DNA of 64,000 nt from Deltaproteobacteria bacterium (GCA_020853705.1 JADYYK010000245.1:7943-71942); one strand, 5' to 3'; counted from the first letter of the stretch, positions 43,748 through 55,944 are shown. Numbers and translations: made by a program. Notes: generated by a model not told the origin, from the sequence alone.

Positions 43748-46186
43748 ATGGTCGTGCTGCTGGGGGCGCTCGCGCTGGGTGGGCGCGCGCGCGCCGAGTC
43801 GGCCGAGGACGACGAGAGCGCGCTGCTGGTGGCCGAGGCCCGCGCCGCCATCGGCAAGGGCGACTACAAGCGCGCGGCGTCGCGGCTCGACCGCGCGCTG
43901 GTGCAGAACCCGCGCCGCATCGACGCCTACGTGCTGCGCGCCAGCGTGTACGCGGTCGACAAGCAGTACGCCAAGGGCATCGAGCTCATGCAGCGCGCCC
44001 AGAGCCTGGCGCCCGACAACCCCGACGTGCTGTCGACCCTGGGGTCGCAGCTCATGCTGGGTCGTCGCGAGAGCGAGGGCGTGCCGCTGCTGGAGCGGGT
44101 CGGCGCGCGCTGGCCGGATCGCTACCAGGCGCACCAGCTGCTGGGCCTGTACTCCGCGTCGCACAGCGAATGGGCGCGCGCCGAGGTGGCCCTGAGCGCC
44201 TTCCTGAAGACGCGCCCGCGCGAGCTCGAGGGCGAGGATCCCGGGGTCCTCATCGAGCTCGGCAACGCGACGCTGCGTCAGGGCAAGACCGCCGAGGCCG
44301 AGGCGCTGTTCGCGCGCGCGCTCAAGGGCACCTTGACCGGGGCCAACGCCGCGCGCGCGCGCATCGGCGCGGCCTGGGCGGCGGCGTCGCGCGACTGCCG
44401 GCGCGCCATGAAGCTGCTCACCGCGCTGGCCCCGCTGGCCGAGCGCTACCCCGACGTCGAGCTGGTGCGTGGCCGCTGCGTGCTGGCGCTGGGCCGCGGC
44501 GCCGAGGCGCTGGAGATCAGCGATCGCTTCCTGGCCCTGCGCCCGAAGTCGGCCGACGGCCACGCCCTGCGCGGCGAGGCGCTGGCCGGCGCCGGCCAGC
44601 TGGCGGCGGCGCGGCTGGCCTTCGAGGAGGCCCTCGAGCTGTCTCCGGGCAAGCGGCTCTACATCCTCAAGCTGGCCCGCGTCGAGCGGCGCGCCGGTGA
44701 CGCCAGGGCCGCGGTGGCCCGCCTGGACGGCGCCCCCGAGCTGGAGGCGGGCGAGCGCGACTGGGTGCTGGAGATGGGCGAGGCGCTGCTGGCGGCCGGG
44801 CGCGCGCCGGAGGCTGCGGCGCTGCTGACCCCGCTGGCGACGCGGCTGCCCGAGGACAGCTCGGTGGCGCTGGCGCTGGGCGATGCCCGGCTGACCGCGG
44901 GCGACGCTGCGGGCGCCATCGAGCCGCTGGAGCGCGGCTGGGCCGGCGGGCGTGGCGTCGACCCGGGGCGGGCTCGCAAGCTGCTGGGCGGCGCGCTCGA
45001 CAAGGTGGCGGGGGCGGCCTTCCAGGCCGGCGACCTCGGCAAGGCGGAGGCGCTGTGGACGCGCGCCGAGCCGCTCAGCGACGGCTTTCGCGTGGCGCGC
45101 AACCTGGGCGCGGTGCGGCTGGCCGCGGGCAAGGGCGATCCGCTGACGCCGCTGGAGAAGGCGGCCGCGGCGCCCGGCGCGGACGTCACCACGCTGCTCC
45201 TCTACGGGCGCGCCCTGGCCGGCATCAAGCACTGGGACGACGCCCGGCGCCTGCTGGAGAAGGCGCTGGAGCGCAGCAAGGGCGACCCCGCGCGGGTGGC
45301 CGAGGCCGCGCTCGAGCTGGCGGCCATGGAGCTGGAGGCCGGCCAGCCGCAGCGCGCGACCGCGGCGCTGGAGCGCGCGCTGGAGGGCAAGCTGCCGGCG
45401 CCGCTGCGCGCCCGCGTCGAGATGGCGATGATCACGGCCTCGCGCGCCGCCGCCACCGACGCCATGCAAGGGGGCTCCTTCGATCGGGCAAGCAAGCTGC
45501 TCGAGCGTGCGGAACAGCTGACCTTCGAGGTGCCGCAGGACACCCTGACCGCGGTGCGCTGCGAGCTGGCCCTGGCGGCCACCGGCGCCGGCCGGCGTGA
45601 CGCCGCGCTGCCCCGGCTGCGCCAGCTGGCCCGGAGCTCGGCGAGCTGCCCGTTCCCGGCCCCGGCCGACAAGCTGGCGGTGCCCATCCTGACCGCGTTC
45701 AACGAGGGCGCCGAGCTGTCGAAGGCGCAGAAGGCGTTCGCCTCGCTGGACGGCCTGCGCAAGTCGGCCAAGGGCGTGGCCGAGCCGCTGCTCGACGGCG
45801 CGGTGCGCTGGATCGCGCTGCAGGCCGCGGCCGACGCCTACCAGCGCGGCCAGCTGGCGCAGGTCAAGAAGTTCCTGGCCCGCGCGCGCAAGATCAAGGG
45901 CGCCTCGCGCAGCCAGGAGCTGGCTCACGATCTCGCGGTGCTCGATCTCGAGGAGGGCCGCCTCGACGCCGCCATCGCGGCCCTGGAGAAGCTGGTCAAC
46001 GAGGTCCCGGAGTCGCTCATCAACCTCGGCCTGGCCTACGAGAAGAAGGGCCAGAGCCGGCGCGCGCTGGAGGTCTGGGAGATCGCGCTGTCGAGCGGCC
46101 GGGTGCGCTTCCCTCTGCTCAAGGGCTGGGTGACGTCCAAGCAGCGCATCTTCGGCACTGCGGGCGACGCGGGGGGCGGCACATGA
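43748..46186 (+). CDS. TPR-repeat protein (secreted)
   Basis: Signal peptide MVVLLGALALGGRARA is followed by over 15 TPR-like helical hairpins (e.g. YKRAASRLDRALVQNPRRIDAYVLRASVYA). I started at M37 of the ORF. Confidence 0.7.
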   Translation: MVVLLGALALGGRARAESAEDDESALLVAEARAAIGKGDYKRAASRLDRALVQNPRRIDAYVLRASVYAVDKQYAKGIELMQRAQSLAPDNPDVLSTLGSQLMLGRRESEGVPLLERVGARWPDRYQAHQLLGLYSASHSEWARAEVALSAFLKTRPRELEGEDPGVLIELGNATLRQGKTAEAEALFARALKGTLTGANAARARIGAAWAAASRDCRRAMKLLTALAPLAERYPDVELVRGRCVLALGRGAEALEISDRFLALRPKSADGHALRGEALAGAGQLAAARLAFEEALELSPGKRLYILKLARVERRAGDARAAVARLDGAPELEAGERDWVLEMGEALLAAGRAPEAAALLTPLATRLPEDSSVALALGDARLTAGDAAGAIEPLERGWAGGRGVDPGRARKLLGGALDKVAGAAFQAGDLGKAEALWTRAEPLSDGFRVARNLGAVRLAAGKGDPLTPLEKAAAAPGADVTTLLLYGRALAGIKHWDDARRLLEKALERSKGDPARVAEAALELAAMELEAGQPQRATAALERALEGKLPAPLRARVEMAMITASRAAATDAMQGGSFDRASKLLERAEQLTFEVPQDTLTAVRCELALAATGAGRRDAALPRLRQLARSSASCPFPAPADKLAVPILTAFNEGAELSKAQKAFASLDGLRKSAKGVAEPLLDGAVRWIALQAAADAYQRGQLAQVKKFLARARKIKGASRSQELAHDLAVLDLEEGRLDAAIAALEKLVNEVPESLINLGLAYEKKGQSRRALEVWEIALSSGRVRFPLLKGWVTSKQRIFGTAGDAGGGT

Positions 46187-47100
46187 GGACCCCGCGGTCG
46201 GCGCGGCTGGCGCTGGGAGCCCTGCTGCTGATGACGGTGGCGAGCGTGCGCCTGGCCGCGGCCGAGGACACCGTCACCATCGGCGTCTACACCCCGTCGG
46301 CGCCGTTCAACGGTCCGGTGGCGCGGCTCGAATATGCCAGCAAGCTGGCGGCGCAGATCGGCCCCGCGCTGGGCCGCAAGGGCGTCGGCAAGGCCTTCGC
46401 GCGCGCCGCCGACCTGAGCGCCGCGATCAAGCGCGGCGAGCTCGAGTACGCCGTGCTCGACGGCCCCTACCTGGCCGCCCTGGGGGTGCCCTACAAGGTG
46501 CTGGGCGCGGCGCAGCGCGGTGGCGCCAGCGAGGTGGCCTGGGAGGTCGTGACCACGCTGCCGGCCAAGAACCTGGCCGATCTGGCGGGCAAGACCGTGG
46601 TGCTGCCCGAGGTCGGCGGCAAGAGCGACGACTTCGTGATGCGCGTCCTGATGGAGGGCGAGCTGCCGGCGAACCACTTCGGCAAGGTCATCCAGGCCCC
46701 CGACGCGCTGTCGGCGCTGGCCGCGCTGGGCCACGGCCGCGCCGAGGTCGCCCTGGTGCCGGCCAGCCTGCCGCTGCCCGCGGGGGCCCGGCGGCTGCTC
46801 ACGCTCGGCCTGGTGCCCTGGCCGGCCCTCGTCGCTTTGCCGTCTGCCAGGCCCGAAGATCTTGACAAGGTAGCAAGTGCCGGGGCGAAGGCGGGCGGCG
46901 AGGTGCTGTCCGGCTTCGATCGCGGCAACGCCGACGCCTATCGCAGCCTGGCGCGCCGCTTCGGGCGCTCGGCGCGGCGCGGCCCGCTGGCGGTGCCGCC
47001 GCAGCGGCTGGCGGTCGGCGACCTCCTGGTGCAGCGCAACTTCACCATCGTGCGCCGCGAGATCAGCGCGCTCTTGCCCGATCCCTCCGCCGGGGATTAG
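46183..47100 (+). CDS. periplasmic substrate-binding-like protein (phosphonate/PhnD-type SBP fold candidate)
   Basis: Its ATGA overlaps the upstream gene. Signal peptide LALGALLLMTVASVRLAAA. The protein is 305 aa with the pattern TIGVY...LEYAVLDGPY...VVLPEVGGKSDDFV typical of PhnD-like binding proteins. I give this low weight. Confidence 0.5.
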   Translation: MRTPRSARLALGALLLMTVASVRLAAAEDTVTIGVYTPSAPFNGPVARLEYASKLAAQIGPALGRKGVGKAFARAADLSAAIKRGELEYAVLDGPYLAALGVPYKVLGAAQRGGASEVAWEVVTTLPAKNLADLAGKTVVLPEVGGKSDDFVMRVLMEGELPANHFGKVIQAPDALSALAALGHGRAEVALVPASLPLPAGARRLLTLGLVPWPALVALPSARPEDLDKVASAGAKAGGEVLSGFDRGNADAYRSLARRFGRSARRGPLAVPPQRLAVGDLLVQRNFTIVRREISALLPDPSAGD

Positions 47101-47139
47101 AGTCACCGCGGTCCGACCAGACGCTCCCGGGAGGCGACG

Positions 47140-48453
47140 TTGTCCAGGCTATCTGTGCTCGCTGTCGTGCTGTGCGCCGCCCTCGCGGGTGGCTGCGGCA
47201 AGAACAAGGTCACGCACTCCAACATCGATCGCTGGGTCGGGATCGAGGGCGGCGAGAAGAAGCTGGAGCGCGCCATCAAGGGCGGCTACTCGGCGTCCCT
47301 GCGCGGCCACGCCGTGGCGGCGCTGGTGCAGGCCTCGCGCGCCGGCGTGACCATGGCCAGCGACGCCCTGGGCCGGCTGGGCGAGGGCGACCGCCAGGCC
47401 GCCATGACCGAGGCCGTCAATCGCATGATCGAGACCGCCAAGGTGGCCGAGAACACCTCGCCCCAGATGCCGCAGGTCGCCGCCAAGGACGCCCTGTTCG
47501 GCCTGCGCGACCTGATGAGCGGGCCCGATCGCGACCGCGTCGACGCCTTCCTGGTGGCCTGGCTGACCGGCGACGTGGTCAAGCGCTGGAGCGCGGGCCT
47601 GAACAACGGCGACAAGATCCTGGAGAAGGTCGGCGCCGGCGCGGCGCCCGAGCTGCGCGCGGCGCTGGAGCGCGGCACCCTGGCGGTCAAGGAGGTCGCG
47701 CTGACCCTGGGTCGCGTGGGCTCGCCCGAGGATCGCCTGCAGGGCGTCAAGGCGGTGCTGGCGGCGTTCGAGAAGGTGGGCGGCTCGCCCGATGACAACA
47801 CGCTGATCGCGGTCGGCTCGCTGGGCGGGCCCGACGCCACCTCCTGGTTCATGGAGCTCATCAAGGACCCCGACAACGACCTGCGCTTCAAGGTGCTGCA
47901 GGCGCTGGGCAAGGGACCCGACAAGCAGGCGCTGCTGCCGGCGCTGGACATGGCCCTGGGGATCGCGGTCAACCCGGTCGAGGAAGGCAAGCTGCGCGAC
48001 GAGGCCTTCGGCGTCATCCAGGCCATCGGCGGGCAGGCCGCCATCGACGGCATGGTGCGGGTCAAGCTGTTCGAGGACCCCAAGGAGGTGGTGCGCTTCG
48101 AGGCCTACGAGGTCGCGCTGCGCGGCTCGCGCGAGCTGGCCATCGGGCCGGTGCTGGAGTCGCTGCCCACGGCGCGCGACTTCTCGGGGCCGCTGCTCGA
48201 CAAGTACATCCTGCAGTTCATCCGGCCGCTGGGGCCGCTCGCGCTGCCCGCGCTGCGCAAGGCGCTGGAGTCGAGGAACTGGGTCGCCCGGCTGGCCGCG
48301 GTGGAGCTCCTGGGCGAGCTGGGCGAGGCCGCGGACCTGCCCAGGCTGGAGGCGCTGAGCAGGGACGCCACCAAGCTGAAGGGCTGGACCGGGGAGGTCA
48401 CCCTGGGGCAGCGGGCGGCGGCCGCGGCGGAGAAATTGAAGACGAAGTCGTGA
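47140..48453 (+). CDS. HEAT/PBS-lyase-repeat lipoprotein
   Basis: Lipobox VLCAALAGGCG. HEAT-like repeats are present (NWVARLAAVELLGELGEAADLPRLEAL, RFKVLQALGKGPDKQALLPAL). Confidence 0.65.
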   Translation: MSRLSVLAVVLCAALAGGCGKNKVTHSNIDRWVGIEGGEKKLERAIKGGYSASLRGHAVAALVQASRAGVTMASDALGRLGEGDRQAAMTEAVNRMIETAKVAENTSPQMPQVAAKDALFGLRDLMSGPDRDRVDAFLVAWLTGDVVKRWSAGLNNGDKILEKVGAGAAPELRAALERGTLAVKEVALTLGRVGSPEDRLQGVKAVLAAFEKVGGSPDDNTLIAVGSLGGPDATSWFMELIKDPDNDLRFKVLQALGKGPDKQALLPALDMALGIAVNPVEEGKLRDEAFGVIQAIGGQAAIDGMVRVKLFEDPKEVVRFEAYEVALRGSRELAIGPVLESLPTARDFSGPLLDKYILQFIRPLGPLALPALRKALESRNWVARLAAVELLGELGEAADLPRLEALSRDATKLKGWTGEVTLGQRAAAAAEKLKTKS

Positions 48454-48528
48454 GGATGTACAATTCACCACACCTCGGCACCCCCGCCGAGGCAGCGCGT
48501 CGCATCTGCTAGGAGCCGAGGCCCGAGG

Positions 48529-49251
<723 letters not shown>

Positions 49252-49322
49252 CCTGCGAGCGGGGCTGTCGGTTGGCTTGACGGTGGGGATCTCGGCGGGT
49301 AGCTTTCACCGCGGAGGTTCTG

Positions 49323-49730
49323 ATGAAGCGCGCTTGGGTGTTCGTGCTGGCGTTCGGAGTGCTGGGTGCGGGGGCGGTCGGGTGCAAGAAGTCCAAGAAG
49401 GCGCCCGCTGGTCCGGCCCCCGGGGCGAGCGCGCCGGCGACGCCCAAGGGCGCGACCAGCGGAGACACCCGGCGCGTCGATGTGACCGTGGGTGACACCG
49501 GGTTCGAGCCGGCGTCGATCCCGGCCAAGGTGGGCGAGAAGCTGACCCTGGTGTTCACGCGCCGGACCACGTCGCCCTGTGGCGGCGAGGTGGTGCTCAA
49601 GAGCACGGGTGAGAAGAAGGAGCTGCCGCTGAACGAGCCGGTCGAGCTGGCGGTGGTCGTCGACAAGGCGGGGTCGGTCGACTTCGCGTGCGGCATGGAC
49701 ATGATGCAGGGCAGCGTCGTCGTCCAGTAG
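49323..49730 (+). CDS. small cupredoxin-like lipoprotein (putative copper-binding)
   Basis: Lipobox GAGAVGCKK. The beta-sandwich region has candidate ligands SPCGGE ... FACGMDMMQG (Cys/His/Met), as seen in cupredoxin-like domains. Confidence 0.55.
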   Translation: MKRAWVFVLAFGVLGAGAVGCKKSKKAPAGPAPGASAPATPKGATSGDTRRVDVTVGDTGFEPASIPAKVGEKLTLVFTRRTTSPCGGEVVLKSTGEKKELPLNEPVELAVVVDKAGSVDFACGMDMMQGSVVVQ

Positions 49731-49742
49731 CGGCGCCGGCTG

Positions 49743-52049
49743 GTGGCGAGGGCTGCGCGGGCAGGGCGAGATGGCGATGGCGCGGATGCCGGCGCGGCCG
49801 AGGCTGAGGCTGCGCCGGTGACGACGTTGCCGGGCTGTGGTCCGGCGACGGCGGCACGGCTGATGGAGCACGGCATGGCGACGGTGGGTGACGTCGCCCG
49901 GCTGCTGCCGCGTGGCTATGACGACCTTCGGCGCGCGGTCGAGGTCGGCTGGCTGGAGGCGGCGGGGCTCGAGGATGGCGGGGGAGTGACGGCGCGCGGG
50001 CGGGTGGTGAGGGCGCGGATCGTGCCGGTGCGGCGGCGGTTTCTGGAGGTGGTGCTGGAGCCGCCGGAGGAGGGGGCGAGCCCGAGCATGAGCCCGAGCA
50101 CGATTCCGAGTTCGGGGGCGGGTGCGGGTGCGGGGCGGAATGTGAAGGAGCGGCTGGTCCTGCGCTGGTTTCATGCCCGGTTTGGCATGGAGGCGCGCTT
50201 CCCGCTTGGCAGCAGCGTCGTCGTCGCGGGCAAGCTGAGGCTGGCGCGCGGGCAGGCCGAGATGGCCAACCCGGAGGTCATCGCGGTCGAGGGCGCCGGC
50301 GCTGGCGCCGCCGGCGAGGCCGCAGGCAAGCCCGCGCGCGGGATCCGGCCGCGCTATCCCGAGGTCGACGGGGTCGCCGGCGCGGTGGTGCGCAAGCTCG
50401 CGCTGGCGGCCGCGCGCAAGCTGGCGCCGCGGGCGCGCGACGGCATCCCGGCCGCGGTGGCGGCGCGTCAGGGGCTGCCGCCGGCGGGCGACGCGCTGCT
50501 CTTGCTGCACGATCCGCCCGAGACGCTGGAGGGTGACGCGCTGGCGGCGCTGCTCGGGCTGGCCAGCCCGGCGCACCGGCGGCTGGCCTTCGAGGAGCTG
50601 TTCTACCTGCAGCTCGGCCTGCTGGAGCGGCGTGCGCGCGCAGCCGCGGATCCGGCGCCGGTGTGCGCGCCGCCTGCCGAGGCCATGAGCAAGCTGCGCG
50701 CGACCTTGCCCTTCGTGCTGACCGGCGCGCAGGAGGCCGCCATCGCCGAGCTGGCGCGCGATCTGGCGGCGCCGCGCCCGATGCAGCGCCTGCTGCAAGG
50801 CGACGTCGGCGCTGGCAAGACCGCGGTCGCCTTCGCGGGCGCGCACCTGGCTGCCGCCGCGGGGCGCCAGGCCGCGCTGATGGCGCCGACCGAGCTCCTG
50901 GCCGAGCAGCACCTGGCCACGCTGGCGCCGTGGGCCGCCGCGCTGGGCCACCGGGTCACCCTGCTGACGGCGTCGACCCCGCGCCCGGTGCGTGAGAGCC
51001 AGCTGGCGCTGATCGCGGCCGGGGTGACGCGGATCGTGGTCGGCACCCACGCGCTGCTGGCCGATCGCGTGGCGTTCCACGATCTGGCGCTGGCCATCGT
51101 CGACGAGCAGCACCGCTTCGGGGTCGCGCAGCGGGCGCGGCTGCGTGACAAGGGCGGCGCTGGCGCGGCGGCGCCGCACCTGCTGGTGATGACGGCGACG
51201 CCCATCCCGCGCACCCTGGCGCTGACCGCGTATGGCGACCTCGATCTGACCATCCTCGGCGAGCTGCCCCCGGGGCGCACCCCGGCGCGCACCCACGTGG
51301 CCTGGGGCGACGCCGGGCGCGCCAAGGCCGACGCGCTGATCGCGCGCGAGGCTCGCGCCGGCCACCAGGCCTTCGTGGTGTGCCCGCAGATCGATCCTGG
51401 TCAGGGGCCCGACGACGAGCTGGTGGAGGGCGCGCGCACGCGGGCGCACGTCGGCGCGACCCACGCGCGGCTGGCGCGCAACCCCGACCTGCGCGTCGGG
51501 CTGGTGCACGGCCGGCTGCCCGCCAACGAGCGCGAGGACGTCATGGGTCGCTTCTCGCGCGGCGAGCTCGACGTGCTGGTGGCGACCACAGTGATCGAGG
51601 TCGGGGTCGACATCCCGCGCGCCACCGTGATGGTGGTGGAGGACGCCGAGCGCTTCGGGCTGTCACAGCTGCACCAGCTGCGCGGGCGGGTGGGGCGCGG
51701 CCAGGGCCAGACCCCGTACTGCATCCTGTGCACCTCGGTCGGCGCCAGCTCGCCGGCGGCGGATCGGCTGCGTGTGCTGGTGGGCAGCAGCGACGGCTTC
51801 GCCATCGCCGAGGCCGATCTGGCCATCCGCGGCCCCGGCGAGCTGTTCGGCACCCGGCAGGCCGGTCTGCCGCGCATCCTGTATGGCGATCTGCAGCGCC
51901 ACGCCGAGCTGATCGTCGAGGCCCGTCGCGAGGCCGAGCGGGTGCGCGCGGAGGATCCCACGCTGTCGCAGCCGGCGCACGCCGGGCTGGCGGCGGCGAT
52001 GGCGGAGCGCGCGGCCAAGGTGAAGCTGTATGCGGAAGAGGCGGGGTAA
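49743..52049 (+). CDS. recG: ATP-dependent DNA helicase RecG
   Basis: A wedge-domain region is followed by helicase motifs (LQGDVGAGKTAVA is Walker A, DEQHRFGV is the DEAH box, VMTATPIPRTLAL, then the C-terminal helicase domain and TRG motif region). A GTG start lies at 49743, with an alternative at 49818. Confidence 0.9.
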   Translation: MARAARAGRDGDGADAGAAEAEAAPVTTLPGCGPATAARLMEHGMATVGDVARLLPRGYDDLRRAVEVGWLEAAGLEDGGGVTARGRVVRARIVPVRRRFLEVVLEPPEEGASPSMSPSTIPSSGAGAGAGRNVKERLVLRWFHARFGMEARFPLGSSVVVAGKLRLARGQAEMANPEVIAVEGAGAGAAGEAAGKPARGIRPRYPEVDGVAGAVVRKLALAAARKLAPRARDGIPAAVAARQGLPPAGDALLLLHDPPETLEGDALAALLGLASPAHRRLAFEELFYLQLGLLERRARAAADPAPVCAPPAEAMSKLRATLPFVLTGAQEAAIAELARDLAAPRPMQRLLQGDVGAGKTAVAFAGAHLAAAAGRQAALMAPTELLAEQHLATLAPWAAALGHRVTLLTASTPRPVRESQLALIAAGVTRIVVGTHALLADRVAFHDLALAIVDEQHRFGVAQRARLRDKGGAGAAAPHLLVMTATPIPRTLALTAYGDLDLTILGELPPGRTPARTHVAWGDAGRAKADALIAREARAGHQAFVVCPQIDPGQGPDDELVEGARTRAHVGATHARLARNPDLRVGLVHGRLPANEREDVMGRFSRGELDVLVATTVIEVGVDIPRATVMVVEDAERFGLSQLHQLRGRVGRGQGQTPYCILCTSVGASSPAADRLRVLVGSSDGFAIAEADLAIRGPGELFGTRQAGLPRILYGDLQRHAELIVEARREAERVRAEDPTLSQPAHAGLAAAMAERAAKVKLYAEEAG

Positions 52050-52051
52050 CG

Positions 52052-52100
<49 letters not shown>

Positions 52101-52109
52101 GGGCGGCGA

Positions 52110-52445
52110 TCAGGTAGGGACGTTGGCCTTGATCCAGTCGACGTAAGCGGCCGAGCCCATGGTGGGCGGCAGCACCAGCAGCTCGGGCACCTCGTAAGGG
52201 TGCAGCTCGCGCAGCCTGGCGGCCAGGGCGGGCAGGGCGGCCGGGCGTGACTTGATGAGACAGATGAGCTCGCGGTCGTCCGAGATGGCGCCCTGCCAGC
52301 GGTAGATCGAGCGCACCCCGGGCACGATGTTCACGCAGGCGGCCAGCTCGGCCTCGACCAGCGCGCGCGCCAGCTTCTCGCCGGTGGCCTCGTCGGGCAC
52401 CGTGGTCATGACGATGGTGATGTCATCGGTCACGCTGAGCTTCAT
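52110..52445 (-). CDS. cutA: divalent-cation tolerance protein CutA
   Basis: The 111 aa (IVMTTVPDEATGEKLARALVEAELAACVNIVPGVRSIYRWQG...) match the CutA1 family across the whole protein. Confidence 0.85.
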   Translation of the reverse strand: MKLSVTDDITIVMTTVPDEATGEKLARALVEAELAACVNIVPGVRSIYRWQGAISDDRELICLIKSRPAALPALAARLRELHPYEVPELLVLPPTMGSAAYVDWIKANVPT

Positions 52446-52503
52446 GCCGCGACTCTAGTGCAGCTGCTCATGCAATGTCAGAGCGTCGTGCGACGGTCCG
52501 AGC

Positions 52504-52851
52504 ATGCAGCGGTGGTGGTCACAGTTCGGCGCCTACGAGCGCATGGCCCTGGTCGGCGTCGGTGTCGGCCTGGTGCTGCTCGTGGTGGTGCGCGTGCTGC
52601 GCTGGTGGCGCTATCACCCGCTGTATCTGTGGTCCGGGCACCGGCGGCCGATCTCGGACCGGGTGCGCTGGGGGATCTTCGCGCGGGCGCGCTATCGCTG
52701 CGAATACTGCGGCCATCCGGGCGACGCCGACCACCCGCTGGAGGTCGATCACGCCCGGCCGATCGCCGCGGGAGGCGACCACCATCCGTCGAACCTGGTG
52801 GCGGCGTGCCGGCCCTGTAACCGGGAGAAGGGGGTGCGCCGTGTGGCGTGA
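52504..52851 (+). CDS. small HNH endonuclease-family protein with an N-terminal TM helix
   Basis: The TM helix MALVGVGVGLVLLVVVRVL is followed by the HNH motif YRCEYCGHPGDADHPLEVDHARPIAAGGDHHPSNLVAACRPCNREKG (two CxxC pairs plus catalytic His). Confidence 0.65.
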   Translation: MQRWWSQFGAYERMALVGVGVGLVLLVVVRVLRWWRYHPLYLWSGHRRPISDRVRWGIFARARYRCEYCGHPGDADHPLEVDHARPIAAGGDHHPSNLVAACRPCNREKGVRRVA

Positions 52852-52898
52852 ACCAGGTGCCAAAGGATGAAGTAGCGGGATTCCTCGACATATTCGGT

Positions 52899-52927
52899 TT
52901 GACTGCCATGGCGCAGTGCGTTATGAA
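52899..52927 (+). promoter_or_regulatory. sigma70-like promoter candidate (TTGACT-N17-TATGAA) upstream of lysC
   Basis: Both hexamers and the 17-nt spacing were read directly, in a locally AT-richer 90-nt intergenic region. The lysC ATG is at 52942, so the leader would be very short. Confidence 0.4.
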
Positions 52928-52941
52928 ATCGGGCCTAGCCA

Positions 52942-54186
<1,245 letters not shown>

Positions 54187-54216
54187 GCCGCCGACGTCAC
54201 GACGTCACCACGGATC

Positions 54217-55854
54217 ATGGCCGCCACGCGCATCGAGCTGTACGACACCACGCTGCGCGACGGCACGCAGTCGGAGGACATCGCGTTCTCGGTGACCGAC
54301 AAGCTGCGCGTCGCGGCCAAGCTCGACGAGCTCGGCATCGACTTCATCGAGGGCGGCTTCCCGGGGTCGAACCCGCGGGATCACGAGTTCTTCCAGCGCG
54401 CCCGCGGCGAGCTGAAGCTCGGCCACGCGCGGCTGGTGGCGTTCGGCGCGACCCGGCGTGCGGGTGTCCGCGCGGACGACGACCCCGGCCTCCGCGCGCT
54501 GCTCGAGGCCGGCACCGAGACCGTCACCATCTTCGGCAAGAGCTGGCAGCGCCACGCCGAGATGGTGCTCGGGGTGTCCGACGCCGAGGCGCTGGAGATC
54601 GTGCACACCTCGGTGGCCTTCCTGGCCGCGCGCGCCGGCGCCGTGGTGTTCGACGCCGAGCATTACTTCGACGGCTACCGGCTGACGCCGGAGTTCGCGC
54701 TGGCGGCGCTGCGCGCGGCGGCGCAGGGCGGGGCGCGCTTCGTGGTGCTGTGTGACACCAACGGCGGCGGGCTGCCCGGGCAGATCGCGGACGCCACCCG
54801 CGCGGCGTGCGAGGTGCTGGGGCCCGGCATCACCCTGGGCGTGCACTGCCACAACGACGGCGAGCTGGCGGTGGCCAACTCGCTGGCCGGGGTCGGCGCC
54901 GGCGCGCGCCACGTGCAGGGCACCATCAATGGCTATGGCGAGCGCTGCGGCAACGCCAACCTGGTCAGCGTTGCGCCCAACCTGATGCTCAAGCTGGGCT
55001 ACGACTGCCTGGTCGAGGGCGCGCTGCCGCGCCTGAGCGAGGTCGCCCACTTCGTGGCCGAGGTCGCCAACCGCACCCCCGACAGCCACCAGCCCTTCGT
55101 GGGCGGCTCGGCGTTCGCGCACAAGGGCGGCGTGCACGTGGCCGCGGTGGCGCGCGCCCCCGACACCTACGAGCACATCGCGCCCGAGCTGGTCGGCAAC
55201 CACCGGCGCGTGCTGGTGTCGGACCTGTCGGGCCGCGCCAACATCCTGTACAAGGCGCGCGAGTACGGCCTGTCGCTCGACGAGGGCGATCCGGCGGCGC
55301 GGGCACGAGCGCGCGGCATCCTCGAGCAGCTCAAGGAGCTGGAGGCGCGCGGCTACCAGTTCGAGGGCGCCGAGGCGTCGTTCGAGCTGCTGGTGCGCCG
55401 CGGCCTGGGCACCGCGCCGCGCTGGTTCGACCTGCTGTCGTTTCGCAGCCTGAGCGAGAGCGCGCAGGGCCAGCCTTATGCGCTGTCGGAGGCCACCGTG
55501 CGCATCGCCGTCGGCGACCGGCGCGCGCACACGGTGGCGGAGGCCCACGGCCCGGTCAACGCGCTCGACGGCGCGCTGCGCAAGGCGCTGGAGCCGTTCT
55601 ACCCGACCCTGGCCGGCGTGCGCCTGAACGACTACAAGGTCCGCGTGCTGCCCAGCGGCGCGGGCACCGCCTCGATGGTGCGGGTGCTGTGCGAGAGCGG
55701 CGACGGCAGCAGCGCCTGGGGCACCGTCGGCGTCAGCGAGAGCATCATCGAGGCCTCGTGCAAGGCCCTGCTCGACGCCGCCGAGTACAAGCTGATGAAG
55801 GACGGCATCGCGCCCCCTGACTGGGGTCCGGCCGGGGCCGCCCCCACCGGCTGA
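54217..55854 (+). CDS. cimA: citramalate synthase / 2-isopropylmalate synthase family protein (CimA-like, with C-terminal LeuA-dimer regulatory domain)
   Basis: LYDTTLRDGTQSEDIAFS is the DRE-TIM metallolyase motif. HCHNDGELAVANSLAGVGAGARHVQGTINGYGERCGNANL supplies the HxH metal ligands. The C-terminal roughly 150 aa form an allosteric domain. The 545-aa size fits CimA-type enzymes. Confidence 0.8.
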   Translation: MAATRIELYDTTLRDGTQSEDIAFSVTDKLRVAAKLDELGIDFIEGGFPGSNPRDHEFFQRARGELKLGHARLVAFGATRRAGVRADDDPGLRALLEAGTETVTIFGKSWQRHAEMVLGVSDAEALEIVHTSVAFLAARAGAVVFDAEHYFDGYRLTPEFALAALRAAAQGGARFVVLCDTNGGGLPGQIADATRAACEVLGPGITLGVHCHNDGELAVANSLAGVGAGARHVQGTINGYGERCGNANLVSVAPNLMLKLGYDCLVEGALPRLSEVAHFVAEVANRTPDSHQPFVGGSAFAHKGGVHVAAVARAPDTYEHIAPELVGNHRRVLVSDLSGRANILYKAREYGLSLDEGDPAARARARGILEQLKELEARGYQFEGAEASFELLVRRGLGTAPRWFDLLSFRSLSESAQGQPYALSEATVRIAVGDRRAHTVAEAHGPVNALDGALRKALEPFYPTLAGVRLNDYKVRVLPSGAGTASMVRVLCESGDGSSAWGTVGVSESIIEASCKALLDAAEYKLMKDGIAPPDWGPAGAAPTG

Positions 55855-55944
55855 GAGAGCCCCGGACGTTTGCTTGGGAAACGTCCGCACGCAACAAGGT
55901 CGGGGAGCCAGCGATGACCCGGGTGAACAGCCCTGGAGTCGTCA

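Noticed and set aside
52852-52941. Lysine riboswitch upstream of lysC
   Set aside because: The intergenic region is only about 90 nt, whereas L-box elements are about 180 nt. The region is better explained by a TTGACT-N17-TATGAA promoter with a very short leader.
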